Below the pieces are notes generated by a model. That model had not been told where the DNA came from and did no database searches. It saw only the letters and a program-made list of their open reading frames with translations. DNA of 45,005 nt from Asterionella formosa (taxonomy: Eukaryota): NCBI GenBank assembly GCA_002256025.1, contig NKIB01014316.1, positions 1 to 45,005 of the forward strand, given 5' to 3'. Shown here piece after piece: positions 11,547-22,872 of the stretch (position 1 is its first letter; each line of letters starts with the position of its first letter). Position numbers and translations under genes: made by a program.

Positions 11547-14075
11547 TTATGGTTGGTCCATGACACGTTGCAAATGTTGATCACTCATCGAGAAGATATT
11601 TCCTAAAGAATTCTTGCTGAATTTGTGGATCTGACCATTAGCCTTCGTCAAAATACCATTACCTTTCTTGTCAATATGATCGTCAATCCAATCACCTTCC
11701 CATTGATCACCACTGGCAAATACACAGGTACCTACTCCAGATCGAATGCCAAGTTCAAAGTGTCCAGCAAAGACATCATTATTGGTATATTTCATAGTAC
11801 CAAAACCATCCGGAAGAGCAACAGTTTGGTCGAAAACAATCGTGCCTTGTTCGAGCACTCGCGCTTGACCATTGTAAATGCTCCCGTCTCGAAAGGACAT
11901 GCGCCACTTGCCAGACACAGGCAAGTCATGAGACCATAATCCCTTGCAAACAGTTTCTCCGGAAGTCAACACACCGTAACCATGTTTTTGACCATCCCTA
12001 AATGCTCCTTCAAATTTCATTTGGGGATCGCTTTTACCTGTTTTTTTAACGTTTATCCGCTCAACCAGAACTCCTTCACCATGGTACTTCCCATCTCGCC
12101 AATCACCGCTGTAGATTATCTTGCCTCCACTCTTTTCCAGCAACGTCCCATGTCCCTCCCGATTGCCGTGCTTGAAATGACCCTTGTAAATGCTGCCACT
12201 CGGCGTGGTTTCCATACCTTCACCGTCTCTTAGTCCCGATTTCCAGTCGCCCACGTAGACTGCACCATTCCTTTCGCAGAGCGTTCCTTTGCCATCAAAA
12301 CAGCCGTTGTTGAATCCACCGTGATACGAGCTGGCATCGCTCAGAATCAATGTTCCAATTCCATGCTTCTTGTCATCCACAAAGTCACCAGCATATTTTC
12401 CAAATTGAGAGTGAATCAAAATCCCATATCCATGCCGAAGATTATTTTTGAACTGACCAGTGTATGTACATCCTGTGGATTTGCTGACGTAGACACCATA
12501 TCCGGAACGGTGGAGGCTGTCTGGGTCCAGAGCGCCGAGATACGTATCGCCATTGGCATAGGCGTGCAGTTCGGCTCGGCAATCATCTCTGGATTTGGAT
12601 CTTGATCGTTTAGTTTGAGGTTTTTCCTGCATAAAGCAGAAATATTCTGTCTCTGCCACGGGGTGTTGTTGAGCAATAATCTGGAGAGACGACTCAATTG
12701 ATTTAGACATGGCCTGTTTAAGAAAGGCAAGTTGCTTTTCATGTTTGGGCTCATCGGCGCCTTCGCCAGTCACTTCTCCCGTGTTTGGAGCGTTGTCGGT
12801 GATTCGGAGAGTTTTGGCAATCGCGCTCAGTGTACCATCTGTCTCCTCAAGGCGTTTAGCACTAACTTGAACATCATCCTTCCATTCCCCGCTGAATTCA
12901 GCCCCGAGTGTGTCGCTATGAATTCCATTGCCGTGCCGTCGTCCTTTTCTCCAGTCGCCAGAATATACGTCACCCTGCGCATTGGTAAATATCCCATAAC
13001 CTTCTGGTTTAAAATCGACAACATGACCTTGATATGTATCACCATTGCTAAACAGAATTCTCCAACCGTTTCCATCCATGGGCGATCCAGCTCGCCATTG
13101 ACTTTCGTAGGTTGTGCCATCCTTTTTCAAAATGCCATGCCCGTGTCGTCGATCGGCCAGAAAATGGCCAGAGAAAGTTTCACCGTCAGGCATCCATTCT
13201 GTTCCTTCGCCGTGTTGCATGTTGCAACGATAGAATCCAGAATATGTGTACCGCTTGGGATGGAAATCTTCCTGGAATCTTTCCTCTTGTTCCTTGCCAT
13301 TTTCGTCCTTCTTGGCGGAAAAGAGCTCACTGACCTCGACTTGAATCTCAAGTGGAGTTCGTTCGACTGGCATTTCAATGTTCTCGCTATCCTCTCCAGC
13401 AACATACTCCTTAAAAGTCCCCATACCATGTCTCATGCCATATTGAAATTCGCCTTGATACTCTCCCTTGCTAGGAATAATTTCTCGTCCAGTGCCATGA
13501 AAAAATCCTTCTTGAAATTCACCTTCATATCTATATCCTGATGAATGAACGAGCTCGCCCCTTATCCCGCTGAATTTTCCATTGAGAAATGAACCTCGAT
13601 AGCTAAAGGAATCCGTCACTAATGTGCCATGGAATGGTTCATCATTGACGTAACTTCCAAAAAAGTTGGCCTTCAGAAATGATAGAGATGTAACTTGTAC
13701 GTTGTTCCCGCTTAGTTCGGAAAACTCTTGTGGCAATTGTGGATCAACCTTTGGCACATCGATATTCTTGACAATCGCCGAATCCCCATGTCGCTTTCCA
13801 TTTTCAAAAGGACCTTCATACACTTCTCCCGTCAAAATGTAGATTCGAGTCCCATAGAGAGGCTTTCCTGTGACTCCGTCGATGATGCCAGAAAAGGTGT
13901 CGAATTTCGAGTCAGAACTAGTCTTTGTTTGTTTGTCGTATGCAGGGATACGTCGTTCCACCACTTGTCGGACGGGGACATTACCACCCTGAAAGGAATT
14001 GGTGGAAGGGTCGTAGGTGGAATTAAAGGCAAGTAAGTCACCTTCAGTAGCGGCATTATCGGCGAATGCTTCCAT
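11547..14075 (-). CDS. MORN-repeat protein (842 aa)
   Basis: Many YxGxF/WxxGxxHGxG repeats in two clusters separated by a linker; intact long ORF. Confidence 0.92.
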   Translation of the reverse strand: MEAFADNAATEGDLLAFNSTYDPSTNSFQGGNVPVRQVVERRIPAYDKQTKTSSDSKFDTFSGIIDGVTGKPLYGTRIYILTGEVYEGPFENGKRHGDSAIVKNIDVPKVDPQLPQEFSELSGNNVQVTSLSFLKANFFGSYVNDEPFHGTLVTDSFSYRGSFLNGKFSGIRGELVHSSGYRYEGEFQEGFFHGTGREIIPSKGEYQGEFQYGMRHGMGTFKEYVAGEDSENIEMPVERTPLEIQVEVSELFSAKKDENGKEQEERFQEDFHPKRYTYSGFYRCNMQHGEGTEWMPDGETFSGHFLADRRHGHGILKKDGTTYESQWRAGSPMDGNGWRILFSNGDTYQGHVVDFKPEGYGIFTNAQGDVYSGDWRKGRRHGNGIHSDTLGAEFSGEWKDDVQVSAKRLEETDGTLSAIAKTLRITDNAPNTGEVTGEGADEPKHEKQLAFLKQAMSKSIESSLQIIAQQHPVAETEYFCFMQEKPQTKRSRSKSRDDCRAELHAYANGDTYLGALDPDSLHRSGYGVYVSKSTGCTYTGQFKNNLRHGYGILIHSQFGKYAGDFVDDKKHGIGTLILSDASSYHGGFNNGCFDGKGTLCERNGAVYVGDWKSGLRDGEGMETTPSGSIYKGHFKHGNREGHGTLLEKSGGKIIYSGDWRDGKYHGEGVLVERINVKKTGKSDPQMKFEGAFRDGQKHGYGVLTSGETVCKGLWSHDLPVSGKWRMSFRDGSIYNGQARVLEQGTIVFDQTVALPDGFGTMKYTNNDVFAGHFELGIRSGVGTCVFASGDQWEGDWIDDHIDKKGNGILTKANGQIHKFSKNSLGNIFSMSDQHLQRVMDQP

Positions 14076-14509
14076 TTTTACAGTTTTTATTTTGTGTTTT
14101 AATAATGGAAGCGCCTGTCCACACAGGAAGTAGCAATCAGATGGATATAAGCTTGATCCTAATACATATAAAAGGAAACTTTCTAATGACTATCCAAATG
14201 TTCTTAGACCGACGAGAGAGGACGTTGAACTGTAACCTCGCAACTTGTGAAAACAGGCGACGAGGCATGGATTCTTGTGCAGATGGTGAACAAATGAGCG
14301 CGCAATGATATAATAAAAAAATTTATATCATGTGTGTACAATATAATTATAACAAATATTTTGGTGATTTGCTATACATGTAATATCGTCCTTGCGCTCT
14401 GAAAAAGAGATACCGGTATTTTAAATTACTTATCTGACAAATAAGATATATTTTTTAAATAAACTTTTAAGAGTTAAATACATGATCAGATTGAAACAGT
14501 TTACAGTGA

Positions 14510-14810
14510 TACAGGTAAAAAAGTAGTTGTGGATTCAACATTTCAATCTAAGAAATCAAATGCAAGGTTGAAATTGAATCAAAATAATGTTGATGCAAAT
14601 GGTAATCCTCGACAAAGATTTGGTGTGAATCGCCAAGCCACCTCAATCCAACAGCCACCGGAATGGGGAATGCAATGCCTTCGTCAGGGATCATTTCCGA
14701 GAATCAAAGCCAAGTTTCATTACAAAGAAAAAGGCGAGAGAAAATTAATACTCCAAATGATTGTATTGCTCTACAACTTTCATGCTAGCAAAGTTGGTCA
14801 GAACCAAATT
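14510..14810 (+). pseudogene. PIF/Harbinger-type DDE transposase C-terminal fragment
   Basis: KVVVDSTF...QATSIQQPPEWGMQ...GSFPRIK...ERKLILQMIVLLYNF..SKVGQNQI matches the D(S/A)xF ... RQxxEWGM ... FPR ... LxN pattern of DDE_Tnp_4 transposases. Confidence 0.75.
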
Positions 14811-14829
14811 GAGGCTGACAAAGTTTGTT

Positions 14830-15470
14830 GTGCATTGGAACATGCTGCTGAGGTTAGATTTGGCTTTGCATTTTTTGCTGCATTGAAATCATGTTCGAAG
14901 CAATAATTGAATTCATCACTGCCTGAACGGGATCAGCACTGTCAGTGGAGCTGGTTGTTTGAAGTACCCCACAATTCAACAATGATGCCATGATTGACAT
15001 CATCATCATGTTCATCATATTCTGTTGCTGTAGTTGTTGCTGCAGGATATAAAGTATCAGTTCTACTACTAGCCTTGTGAAGCAACTGCATCAACAGAAG
15101 AGAAAGCACTTTCTCAACAGGTCCAGTATTTCTCAACACTGCCTTATCTCTAAATCGAGGGTACACCATAGGTCAAGGAAATCTTGAACCAGAGAAATTA
15201 GCATAAGTGGCAGATGTTGCTCCACTGTTGTCTTCACTCTCCCCAGAAATCGCTATAAAATCATCATCAGCATTGGGCTCATCGTGTTCCCTCTCTATTC
15301 CAAGATCAGTGGAGTCGATCTCAGCACCATTTTCGTCGTCGTTCTCCTCCTTTTCTTCTGGTTGAATCTGTTGTTGTTTTTGTTTGTGACGGCGATGTTC
15401 AAGCAGCCTTGGAGAGGAAGGGAAGCCCTCCCTGGCTCGTCTCCTTTGACCAGAAGAAGATGAAGACATG
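14830..15470 (-). pseudogene. Probable second (accessory) ORF of the Harbinger element, disrupted
   Basis: Broken ORFs 15173..15622 and 14942..15169 (acidic, low complexity) converge on the transposase fragment, as in two-ORF Harbinger elements. No domain recognised. Confidence 0.35.
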
Positions 15471-16484
15471 GTCGAAATATAAAAGCGATGACGATTGATG
15501 TATTGAGGAGGTTGATTGATATGTAACAATATGCAATATGCATACCTATTTTGGCAAGACCAAGCTATTTTGAGTATGAGCAAGCAAGTCTTGAAATATT
15601 CCGGGAAATTGTACATAGTCATTCATGCCTAAACATCTTCTTATAGCTATAATGCACTGTGATTTATAACTGTAAAAAGTTTGTGTTTGTGTTGACCAGG
15701 TTTATGTATAATTTTTATTTACTAGCTAGGTACCACTACTCACTTTTATGAATTCTTTCTTGTTTGCAATTGACAATTTCTTCACCATCTCACAGCCAAT
15801 CCTGGTCACATTTTATTCTTTTACTTGCTGTATCAGGATTGACTGACAACAAATGAAGGAAATTGTATTTTTTGTTTCATTGATCTGAGAGGCAAATGGT
15901 TTGATCACTCCATGGGGCAATACATTTATTTTTTATCCATGCTTTCTTAGCCAAAATGAGTGCTCCACATCTGAGAGCTGAAATCAGAACCAGACAAATC
16001 AATATTTGGCACAGTACAACTTGATCCTCATGTGACGAGAGGAGGGTAGATTGTATGAAGTAGCCTAGATATAGTCAAATATGTAAACTCGGAAACCTCA
16101 CAATGGTGCTTGACCAATATGGCGATTTCTTGATCCCTTGTTGTCGCATCAAGACAAAAGGCGGTCACGTGACAAACGTAATTAACAATGTCTTAAACTG
16201 TCACCAAAACAAGTGCCCAAGCGGTAATTATACGTAGTTCTATTTTATTAGGCCCCAAACCAAATATTGATAGTGGTGTGATCATTGGAAAAGAATACCT
16301 TTTATAATTGGAATGAAAATTCTATACCGGTCGTATGCAAGTTTTTCATTGTCTTATGTACCTGCCAACAAGACTTGTGTTCCCAACTTCAAGTTTCATT
16401 TTAAAAAAGCGTACATAATAAAACAATGGTAACGACGACAACTCAAGGAATTCAATTTATAGACGACAAAGTTGGTACTCATCC

Positions 16485-18191
16485 ATGCGGAATACCCCCG
16501 GCAATATATTGAGTTTGTCTGCGAATACTCCGGGCTTGTTGCAACAGCCACTTTTGGATGATGAAATAGAACCGGCAACTCCGCCACATCAATTTTTGCA
16601 ACTAGAGAATTGGTGGTTTTCAAATACTCCGACCGAACAAATCGACGCGGCCAATGTAGCGACGACACAGGCAACAACAGAAGTCATCAACGAAGAGGAA
16701 GCTCAGCTCATAGCGCTTGGTATTTTGGGACGTCCCTATGCGAGTGAGAGTACTTTTTGGTGCCAGCAGTTGCCATTGTCGATTCTTCTTGGTGCATTGC
16801 TTGGACCTGGGACATTTCTAATTGTAAGCGGATCTAGGAATTTGCTGGCACTTTGGTGTCACGTCGAATCTTTGGAGGACCACGGACACTGGAAATGGTT
16901 GATCGTTACAGCACTTGGTGGACTTTTATCGGCGCTGCTACTTTCAACTCCCTACTCCCCTAATCCAGGTGGAGTTCGAGCGTTCTTTCAGGATGCAAGT
17001 GATTTAATCGGCGATGCTCGAGAAGCTCCGCTTATTTTACTTTCTTCCATTGCATGTTTGGCAACAGGAGTACCGCTGGGTCCTGAAATTTCCATTGGTG
17101 TACTTGGTAGTGGACTTGGCGTTGGTTTAGCTGGCTTGTTTGGGTGTAATTCTCGTACAACGAAGACACTGGTCCAAGTTGGAATATCGGGGGCTTTCGC
17201 TGGTTTACTTCCTTCTCCAGTTCTATGCGTTTTGCTGGTTCACGAGTTAGCTGTCGTCGGACGAGCGGACCGTTTCACTGTCGATGCATTGATACAATCC
17301 GAAGGAACTTCCAAGCTTTTAAAAAAGCACGACTCTGATTATATGGAGCTTCTAACGCTTGGTGGCGCGGCGGCAACTACTGCATTTGTAGTCATACACT
17401 TACTGCTGCCACATAGCATTTGGAAACCGGAATATGAATTGAATGGAGACTATGCCCATTGGCACTTGGGAGCTTCCATTCTACTTGGCATATGCTGTGG
17501 CATTGCCGGATTTATTCTTATGATATTTACTGGAATATTCAGAACCATACGAATTGCAACGTGTAAAGTTTTGAAAGAGAAATTGAAGCTACATTCCTTC
17601 TTGATTATCCTCATCTTCCCGACTCTAGCGGGTTTTTTGCACGGGATGCTTGCAATTTACAATCCACTGCTGATAGGTACGGGCGTGAGATGGATTGGTG
17701 ACTTAATTGAGAACACGAATGGCCGTCAAGTCGATTGTCTCCTTTTTATTGCCTTCTGTAAAATAATCGGCGTGAGCCTTTGCTCGGGCTTTGGTTTGGT
17801 TGGTGGTGCATTCTTCCCCATGGTCTTTGTAGGAGCTTGCTTGGGTGTAGCGTTTGGCTCGATCCTGCCACTGTCATTAACCATCCCAGCCTGCATAGCA
17901 GCAACAGTTGGATCCATTTCACCCATCCCGTTCACCTTGACAATATGTGTAACTTTGACACTATCCCTGAGTGTCGATCAAATGGGCCCAGTCTTTGTTG
18001 CGACAATAACCGGATTTACTGTTGTTGGAGGGTTTGGGATCATTCAAAAATTGGGAGAAAAGTGGCTTGTTGGAACACGGTTATTACAGGAGCACAACAT
18101 CGACGAGCACCGAGAGGATGGATACGATGAGCACACAAGTGAGGAAGACATTTTAGTAGGAATTCGATCCATGATTTTCAGTGACAACTAA
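16485..18191 (+). CDS. CLC/voltage-gated chloride channel family protein (bacterial YfeO/EriC-like, no CBS domains)
   Basis: Multiple hydrophobic helices. GVPLGPE corresponds to the CLC gating-glutamate motif and GGAFFP to the GxFxP motif. Short acidic C-tail. Confidence 0.8.
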   Translation: MRNTPGNILSLSANTPGLLQQPLLDDEIEPATPPHQFLQLENWWFSNTPTEQIDAANVATTQATTEVINEEEAQLIALGILGRPYASESTFWCQQLPLSILLGALLGPGTFLIVSGSRNLLALWCHVESLEDHGHWKWLIVTALGGLLSALLLSTPYSPNPGGVRAFFQDASDLIGDAREAPLILLSSIACLATGVPLGPEISIGVLGSGLGVGLAGLFGCNSRTTKTLVQVGISGAFAGLLPSPVLCVLLVHELAVVGRADRFTVDALIQSEGTSKLLKKHDSDYMELLTLGGAAATTAFVVIHLLLPHSIWKPEYELNGDYAHWHLGASILLGICCGIAGFILMIFTGIFRTIRIATCKVLKEKLKLHSFLIILIFPTLAGFLHGMLAIYNPLLIGTGVRWIGDLIENTNGRQVDCLLFIAFCKIIGVSLCSGFGLVGGAFFPMVFVGACLGVAFGSILPLSLTIPACIAATVGSISPIPFTLTICVTLTLSLSVDQMGPVFVATITGFTVVGGFGIIQKLGEKWLVGTRLLQEHNIDEHREDGYDEHTSEEDILVGIRSMIFSDN

Positions 18192-18563
18192 TATGCAGCA
18201 GTAACATTGAATCTGTGTCGCTATTTTGGGAGGCTATGTCACTATTTTGGGAGGTTGGTCCTTTCTTGGGTTTGATTGCTGCAATTTTTACATTGAGCAT
18301 CGCAAGGTGTCCAATGTAAAAGCAGCTGATCAAACGAGTCTTCGATAAAATCAGGAATGCGACGAATGAATTCTTGTTGGTTGCCATAAAACGAGGAACG
18401 ATCGTTCGGTGGGTTGGACTGCGGAAAAATTTTGATTTCTGTTTGCGACCATGTTGAGTTCAAAGGGTTCATAACTAAAACATGGAACGATAGCAGCCGC
18501 CTTGACATTATTTTGTCAGCGGATAGCGAATAATAACACTGCTTTCTCAAGGTAAAACCATGG

Positions 18564-19880
18564 TCACGCACTTCCCTGCTGCAGACTTTTGATAGCAGAC
18601 TGCGTCAAGTATCGATACTCCTCGTTGGTCATTCCAACAGCGCTTGCTGCATGGGGCAAGTCGGTTGGATGCGCCGACAAGACTATATCAATCAAAACAA
18701 CGGTCATGCATCGCCATAAGTTTGTACTCAGCTTGTGCGTCTGCTGCGAATAATCCAGACAGCGTAACCAGTCACTAACACGCCGCTTGACTGATTTGAT
18801 ATCACCTTCTGGAATACCAAGTTCCTTTCTCGCTCTAGGTAGATGCATATTAACCATGGCCATGATTCCGGTACATCTACTGGCGGCTATGTCAGTGTGA
18901 ATGGGAGCTTCTTTCGATATAGATGGATGCTTCAACATCGCTACAGCCTCGGGGGTCAACCAAGTCGATAATGCGGTCCAAATTTTCATAAATGCTCGTG
19001 GTTCGGGTCCTGGATGTCCTTCCATGAGGTGATCATCATCGGATTGCATATCATCGTCCATGAGTTCCTCCTCGTCGTCAGTCGTATTTATGTTGCTGCT
19101 AGCAGAAATGCTATCATCGTCGTCTTCATCGTCACTTCCAAAGACGTTGCCGTGCCCCTTGAATAATTCATTGGCAAGTTCGCACTCGTCCTCCATTTGT
19201 TGTTTGTACTCGTCAGGGGACATGACGCTAAATTCCAAATCTGCCTCAACGACCTTGGCGTCACGAATGTTGGTATCATGCGTCAAGGTTCCAGCAACTT
19301 TCAGGAGTTGATCCATGGAGGTAAATATCATGGGCTCGTCGGTGGCCTCAGTTGCTAGTTTCTCGTCCGTTTTTGGCGTATACCCTTCTACCGATAAGGC
19401 ATTATGATGCTCCCCAGTTTGACGGGCATTTGGAGATTGTCGTTCCACCACAAGATCTTTGACAGCCATCACGGCTTCATGGACTATTAGTTCTGACGAC
19501 TCATCATTGCCCGTGTAATCCTCCACTTGTACTAAAGCAGCTCCTTCGTTTTCATTTCGAATAACAAGATCCGCCATTTGCTTCATTGGGAGCTGAATTG
19601 CTGTTGTGGAATGTTGTTTGTTCTTGTACTTTGATTTCCGAAGAATTCCCTTTTGTTCCCGATTGATAATTTCTTCTTCTTCTTGCTGTTCCAATGCTTG
19701 TAGTCGATTGCTGTCATTAGTATTGTCAGTCACTTCATTGGACGTTGTTCCACCTAGCCACTTATCAACAGAAGATCGTGTGGCTTCTAGCATGCTGTCC
19801 AAATCCCCATCCGCCTGAAGTTTAGCGCAACTGTCGGTAGGCCGAGACGACGAACGGACTTGAGGTCGAATGTGTTTCAT
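18564..19880 (-). CDS. Acidic protein with RPAP2/Rtr1 C-terminal-like helical region
   Basis: Intact ORF (track start is TTG at 19931; first ATG at 19880). The C-terminus (AFMKIWTALSTWLT...LWRCMTVVLIDIVL) resembles plant RPAP2 C-termini. The CDS is solid; the product call is tentative. Confidence 0.6.
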   Translation of the reverse strand: MKHIRPQVRSSSRPTDSCAKLQADGDLDSMLEATRSSVDKWLGGTTSNEVTDNTNDSNRLQALEQQEEEEIINREQKGILRKSKYKNKQHSTTAIQLPMKQMADLVIRNENEGAALVQVEDYTGNDESSELIVHEAVMAVKDLVVERQSPNARQTGEHHNALSVEGYTPKTDEKLATEATDEPMIFTSMDQLLKVAGTLTHDTNIRDAKVVEADLEFSVMSPDEYKQQMEDECELANELFKGHGNVFGSDDEDDDDSISASSNINTTDDEEELMDDDMQSDDDHLMEGHPGPEPRAFMKIWTALSTWLTPEAVAMLKHPSISKEAPIHTDIAASRCTGIMAMVNMHLPRARKELGIPEGDIKSVKRRVSDWLRCLDYSQQTHKLSTNLWRCMTVVLIDIVLSAHPTDLPHAASAVGMTNEEYRYLTQSAIKSLQQGSA

Positions 19881-20180
19881 GTCTTTTGGATTTGACTTTC
19901 TCACTCGTTCCTTTTTGGAGTTGTTGTACAATGTAGGAGTGGACGAGTGTGATAATATAGCTACCCGTTAGTACACGACCAAGAAACCCCTAAAACAGCT
20001 ATACCCAAGGTATTTTCATGATGGACGAGTACGGTATACCGGTACCGTAGGTCAATTATTACGGACGACATACAGGCAAAAGGTACAACATGATCCTGTA
20101 CATATTGAGAAATCATAAAGATAAACAAAGAAGGCAGCAAAAATGGTGAAAAAACGATAAATGTCATCATCATCTTCGCT

Positions 20181-21038
20181 TTGTCGTATCTCATCGGCAC
20201 AGAAGTGACTGCACATCTGATGATGTTGACTGACCAATTTTCCGTCTGCACTTCAGCATCTGCCAGCGTTTACCAGGCTACCAGCACCATAATCCCCGTT
20301 GTTGATTTCGCTGTCCCCGTAAATCAGATTGTTGACTTTGGGAATTCCCTGTTTGGTGAAGAAAATGTCGAGAATGGTGGCGCCATTTCCGAGATTGTCC
20401 AAACGTCATCGGCAGAATTGGAGCTCGTCATTCATCCCGCGTTGACGCTGACCATGCTACAGGCGCCGACTGCATTTAATGGAGTTGGGATTGATAGTAC
20501 CGGGGGAGTTCTTTGGGGAGCTGGTGTTTGTCTCGCGAGGTGGCTCAAGGAAGAACAAGTTCGCGACAAATACGTTCTAGAATTGGGGTGTGGGGGAGGA
20601 GCCCCTAGCATGGTGGCAAGTAAATACAATGCAACGCATGTGCTTTCGACAGACTTTGAAATTTCAACCCTGGAACGCATGGATCTTCATATTAAACTCA
20701 ATAATTGTCAGCAAAACATGGAGCTGCGAAAATTGGATTGGCAAGATTTAGACGTGTCTGACGACTATCAAGCAGATGTTATCTTGGCGAGTGATATCAT
20801 TTATGGGGTGAGTAAATTATCTGATTTGGTGAATACAGTTGATAAATACCTTGCTCCTGTTGGAACCCTTTTTCTGGCGACTCGAGATGGCCGACAAGGA
20901 ATTGCCGAATTTCGACAAATGATGTCCAACCAATTTGTGGAAGCAGAAATGATACCTTGTGATGCATCTCAGCTCAATGCACAAGTAATGGGACGTTGGT
21001 TTGGATCTCATACTATTCATGTATTTCAGAGGAAATAA
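20181..21038 (+). CDS. SAM-dependent protein methyltransferase (Methyltransf_16/METTL21-like); 5' end uncertain
   Basis: Motifs TGGVLWGAGVCLARWL, VLELGCG, STD, LDW and DVILASDIIY. A small 5' intron is possible (ATG 20161, GT 20186..AG 20256 keeps frame). Confidence 0.88.
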   Translation: MSYLIGTEVTAHLMMLTDQFSVCTSASASVYQATSTIIPVVDFAVPVNQIVDFGNSLFGEENVENGGAISEIVQTSSAELELVIHPALTLTMLQAPTAFNGVGIDSTGGVLWGAGVCLARWLKEEQVRDKYVLELGCGGGAPSMVASKYNATHVLSTDFEISTLERMDLHIKLNNCQQNMELRKLDWQDLDVSDDYQADVILASDIIYGVSKLSDLVNTVDKYLAPVGTLFLATRDGRQGIAEFRQMMSNQFVEAEMIPCDASQLNAQVMGRWFGSHTIHVFQRK

Positions 21039-21544
21039 CTTGTTTAATCTGAAATAGAGAAACCTGTGGGAGGTAGATGGCAGAGGTGAACATATCAATT
21101 GATATTGCTTATTCGCTGTTTTTTCTGATCTTCTTCTTATCAGGCTATTGTGGTCAACAGGTGTAAAATAAAACAGATTCGCTCTCATAACACCCTCTAC
21201 CCTGTTCGTGTGTTTCATGGACTATTATTGTAAACTCTTGCTTCAAACAGTGAAAAATCCGGTTATCATCTATTGGATTCATTTGTTTGGTAATAATCTA
21301 GTCATCTATTTCGTATCAGCTCTGATCTCAAATACTTTGGATTGTGAGTCTATGTGCTCTGTGCAGTGTCGTGAAGAATAAAAGGAAGTTGAGTCGCTCG
21401 TTTAAATTCGCTTGTCAGTTTAAGAAAAACGAAACAGCCAAATAGGCTGTATACGAAATCCAGCTGTATGTGCATTAAACCCTCAATACAAAAAGTATAC
21501 CCTATTTCACCACCTATACCTATGGTTATGTTTGATTGAAGCAA

Positions 21545-22069
21545 TCACATGGCACCACGACACATACTAGGTCGACCATCGCTCATGGCTGATGGAACAT
21601 TTCCTTGATGCCGCTCCAACTTTTTGAGTGCAGCCACAAATCCCAAATTTGGCTGTACTTGTGGTCTAGCCATACGGATACAATCCATCGCATGCTGCAA
21701 TGTAGTACATGTTCTGGAACTCAATAACCAAGCTGCAATGACGGCAGCAGATCGGGATTGACCGTGAGCACAATGTACGAGGCATGGTCGTGATTCGACA
21801 ATGATGGCCTTGTCTATTTCCTTCAGTGCTCGAATCAAATTATCAGAGAGTAATGTACTGTTCGAATTGTCGCTGATGTTCCAAACAATATGGTGATGAG
21901 GTGTGCCATTTAGAAACGACCTTGCCATGTAAAGGAGTTTTTCGTTGGACAAGAGACTAATGACTGTCCATGATGGGCCCTTTGGTAGCTCTCGCAAGGC
22001 GAAAATTGGTCCAATCCAGAGGTTGTGGACGATTTCTGCTTTGCTGGTAGTAGTATGATTGGAAGCCAT
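21545..22069 (-). CDS. Dual-specificity protein phosphatase
   Basis: Catalytic signature LVHCAHGQSRSAAVIAAWL and downstream R...PNLGF motif. Confidence 0.92.
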   Translation of the reverse strand: MASNHTTTSKAEIVHNLWIGPIFALRELPKGPSWTVISLLSNEKLLYMARSFLNGTPHHHIVWNISDNSNSTLLSDNLIRALKEIDKAIIVESRPCLVHCAHGQSRSAAVIAAWLLSSRTCTTLQHAMDCIRMARPQVQPNLGFVAALKKLERHQGNVPSAMSDGRPSMCRGAM

Positions 22070-22135
22070 TTTTTACCGGTGCTTGCTTTTTTATTTATGA
22101 CATGATCGGCAAGCATCCTCTCGTGATGATTCGAC

Positions 22136-22500
22136 TACCTGGTACCTGGTACCTGGTACTAAAAACCTACGTAGTACCCCGGTACCGGTACCTGGTACTG
22201 CATATAGTAGCACTTTAGGTACCAGGTACCTGGTACCAGCAAGTTGCGGTCATTTTGCTTAAACAAATATTTTAATCTGGGATAAAGATAGCTAAAGGTT
22301 TAGTGTCTGTAACAGTCCCGCAACTTGCAAGGTACCGATCGTCTACTCGTCTCCTAGTACCAGGTACCTGGTACCAGTACCTGGTACTACCTGATACTAG
22401 GTAGAACCTTGTACCAGAGTACCAGGTACCCTGGTACGCACAGGAATCCTGAACCAGGGCGGTACACAGTACCTGGTACATGGTGCTACCGGTATGTACT
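22136..22500. repeat. GGTACC(A/T) palindromic heptamer cluster in a divergent promoter
   Basis: Dense runs such as tacctggtacctggtacctggtac and ggtaccaggtacctggtacc between the phosphatase and NUXM genes. Confidence 0.9.
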
Positions 22501-22872
22501 GCATTCGTAAATTCTATAGAATACCCATACGTACGGAAATCAACACCCAGAGCAAAAGCAACGAGTTTGTTGCGTGCAACAACAAATGGACAAGCGAATT
22601 ACCGGTAATGCATTCATATTCATTATTGGACTGTTGGTAAGGACCTTGGTTGTAAACTTGAATCCTTGGGAGGCAACACATGATTGGCGATCATAGGAAT
22701 GGGATGATGAAATGATAGCCACGAAACACATAGAACAAAACGATCGACGGGGCACTACCGAAATCTCGCGCTAGACACATACTGATTTCTACGACATAAC
22801 ATTCCGTTGCTAACCCTACACTATAAATTTGTCACCGTTATAGGACAGATCTGAAGACCTCATAGTTACATC

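Noticed and set aside
12732..13541. 269-aa antisense ORF inside the MORN gene (likewise 23054..23722, 42577..43221 and ORFs opposite INTS1)
   Set aside because: These are shadow ORFs opposite well-supported genes and carry no recognisable motifs.
18218..18254. 21-bp tandem duplication in the CLC 3' region
   Set aside because: Two copies only, consistent with ordinary slippage.
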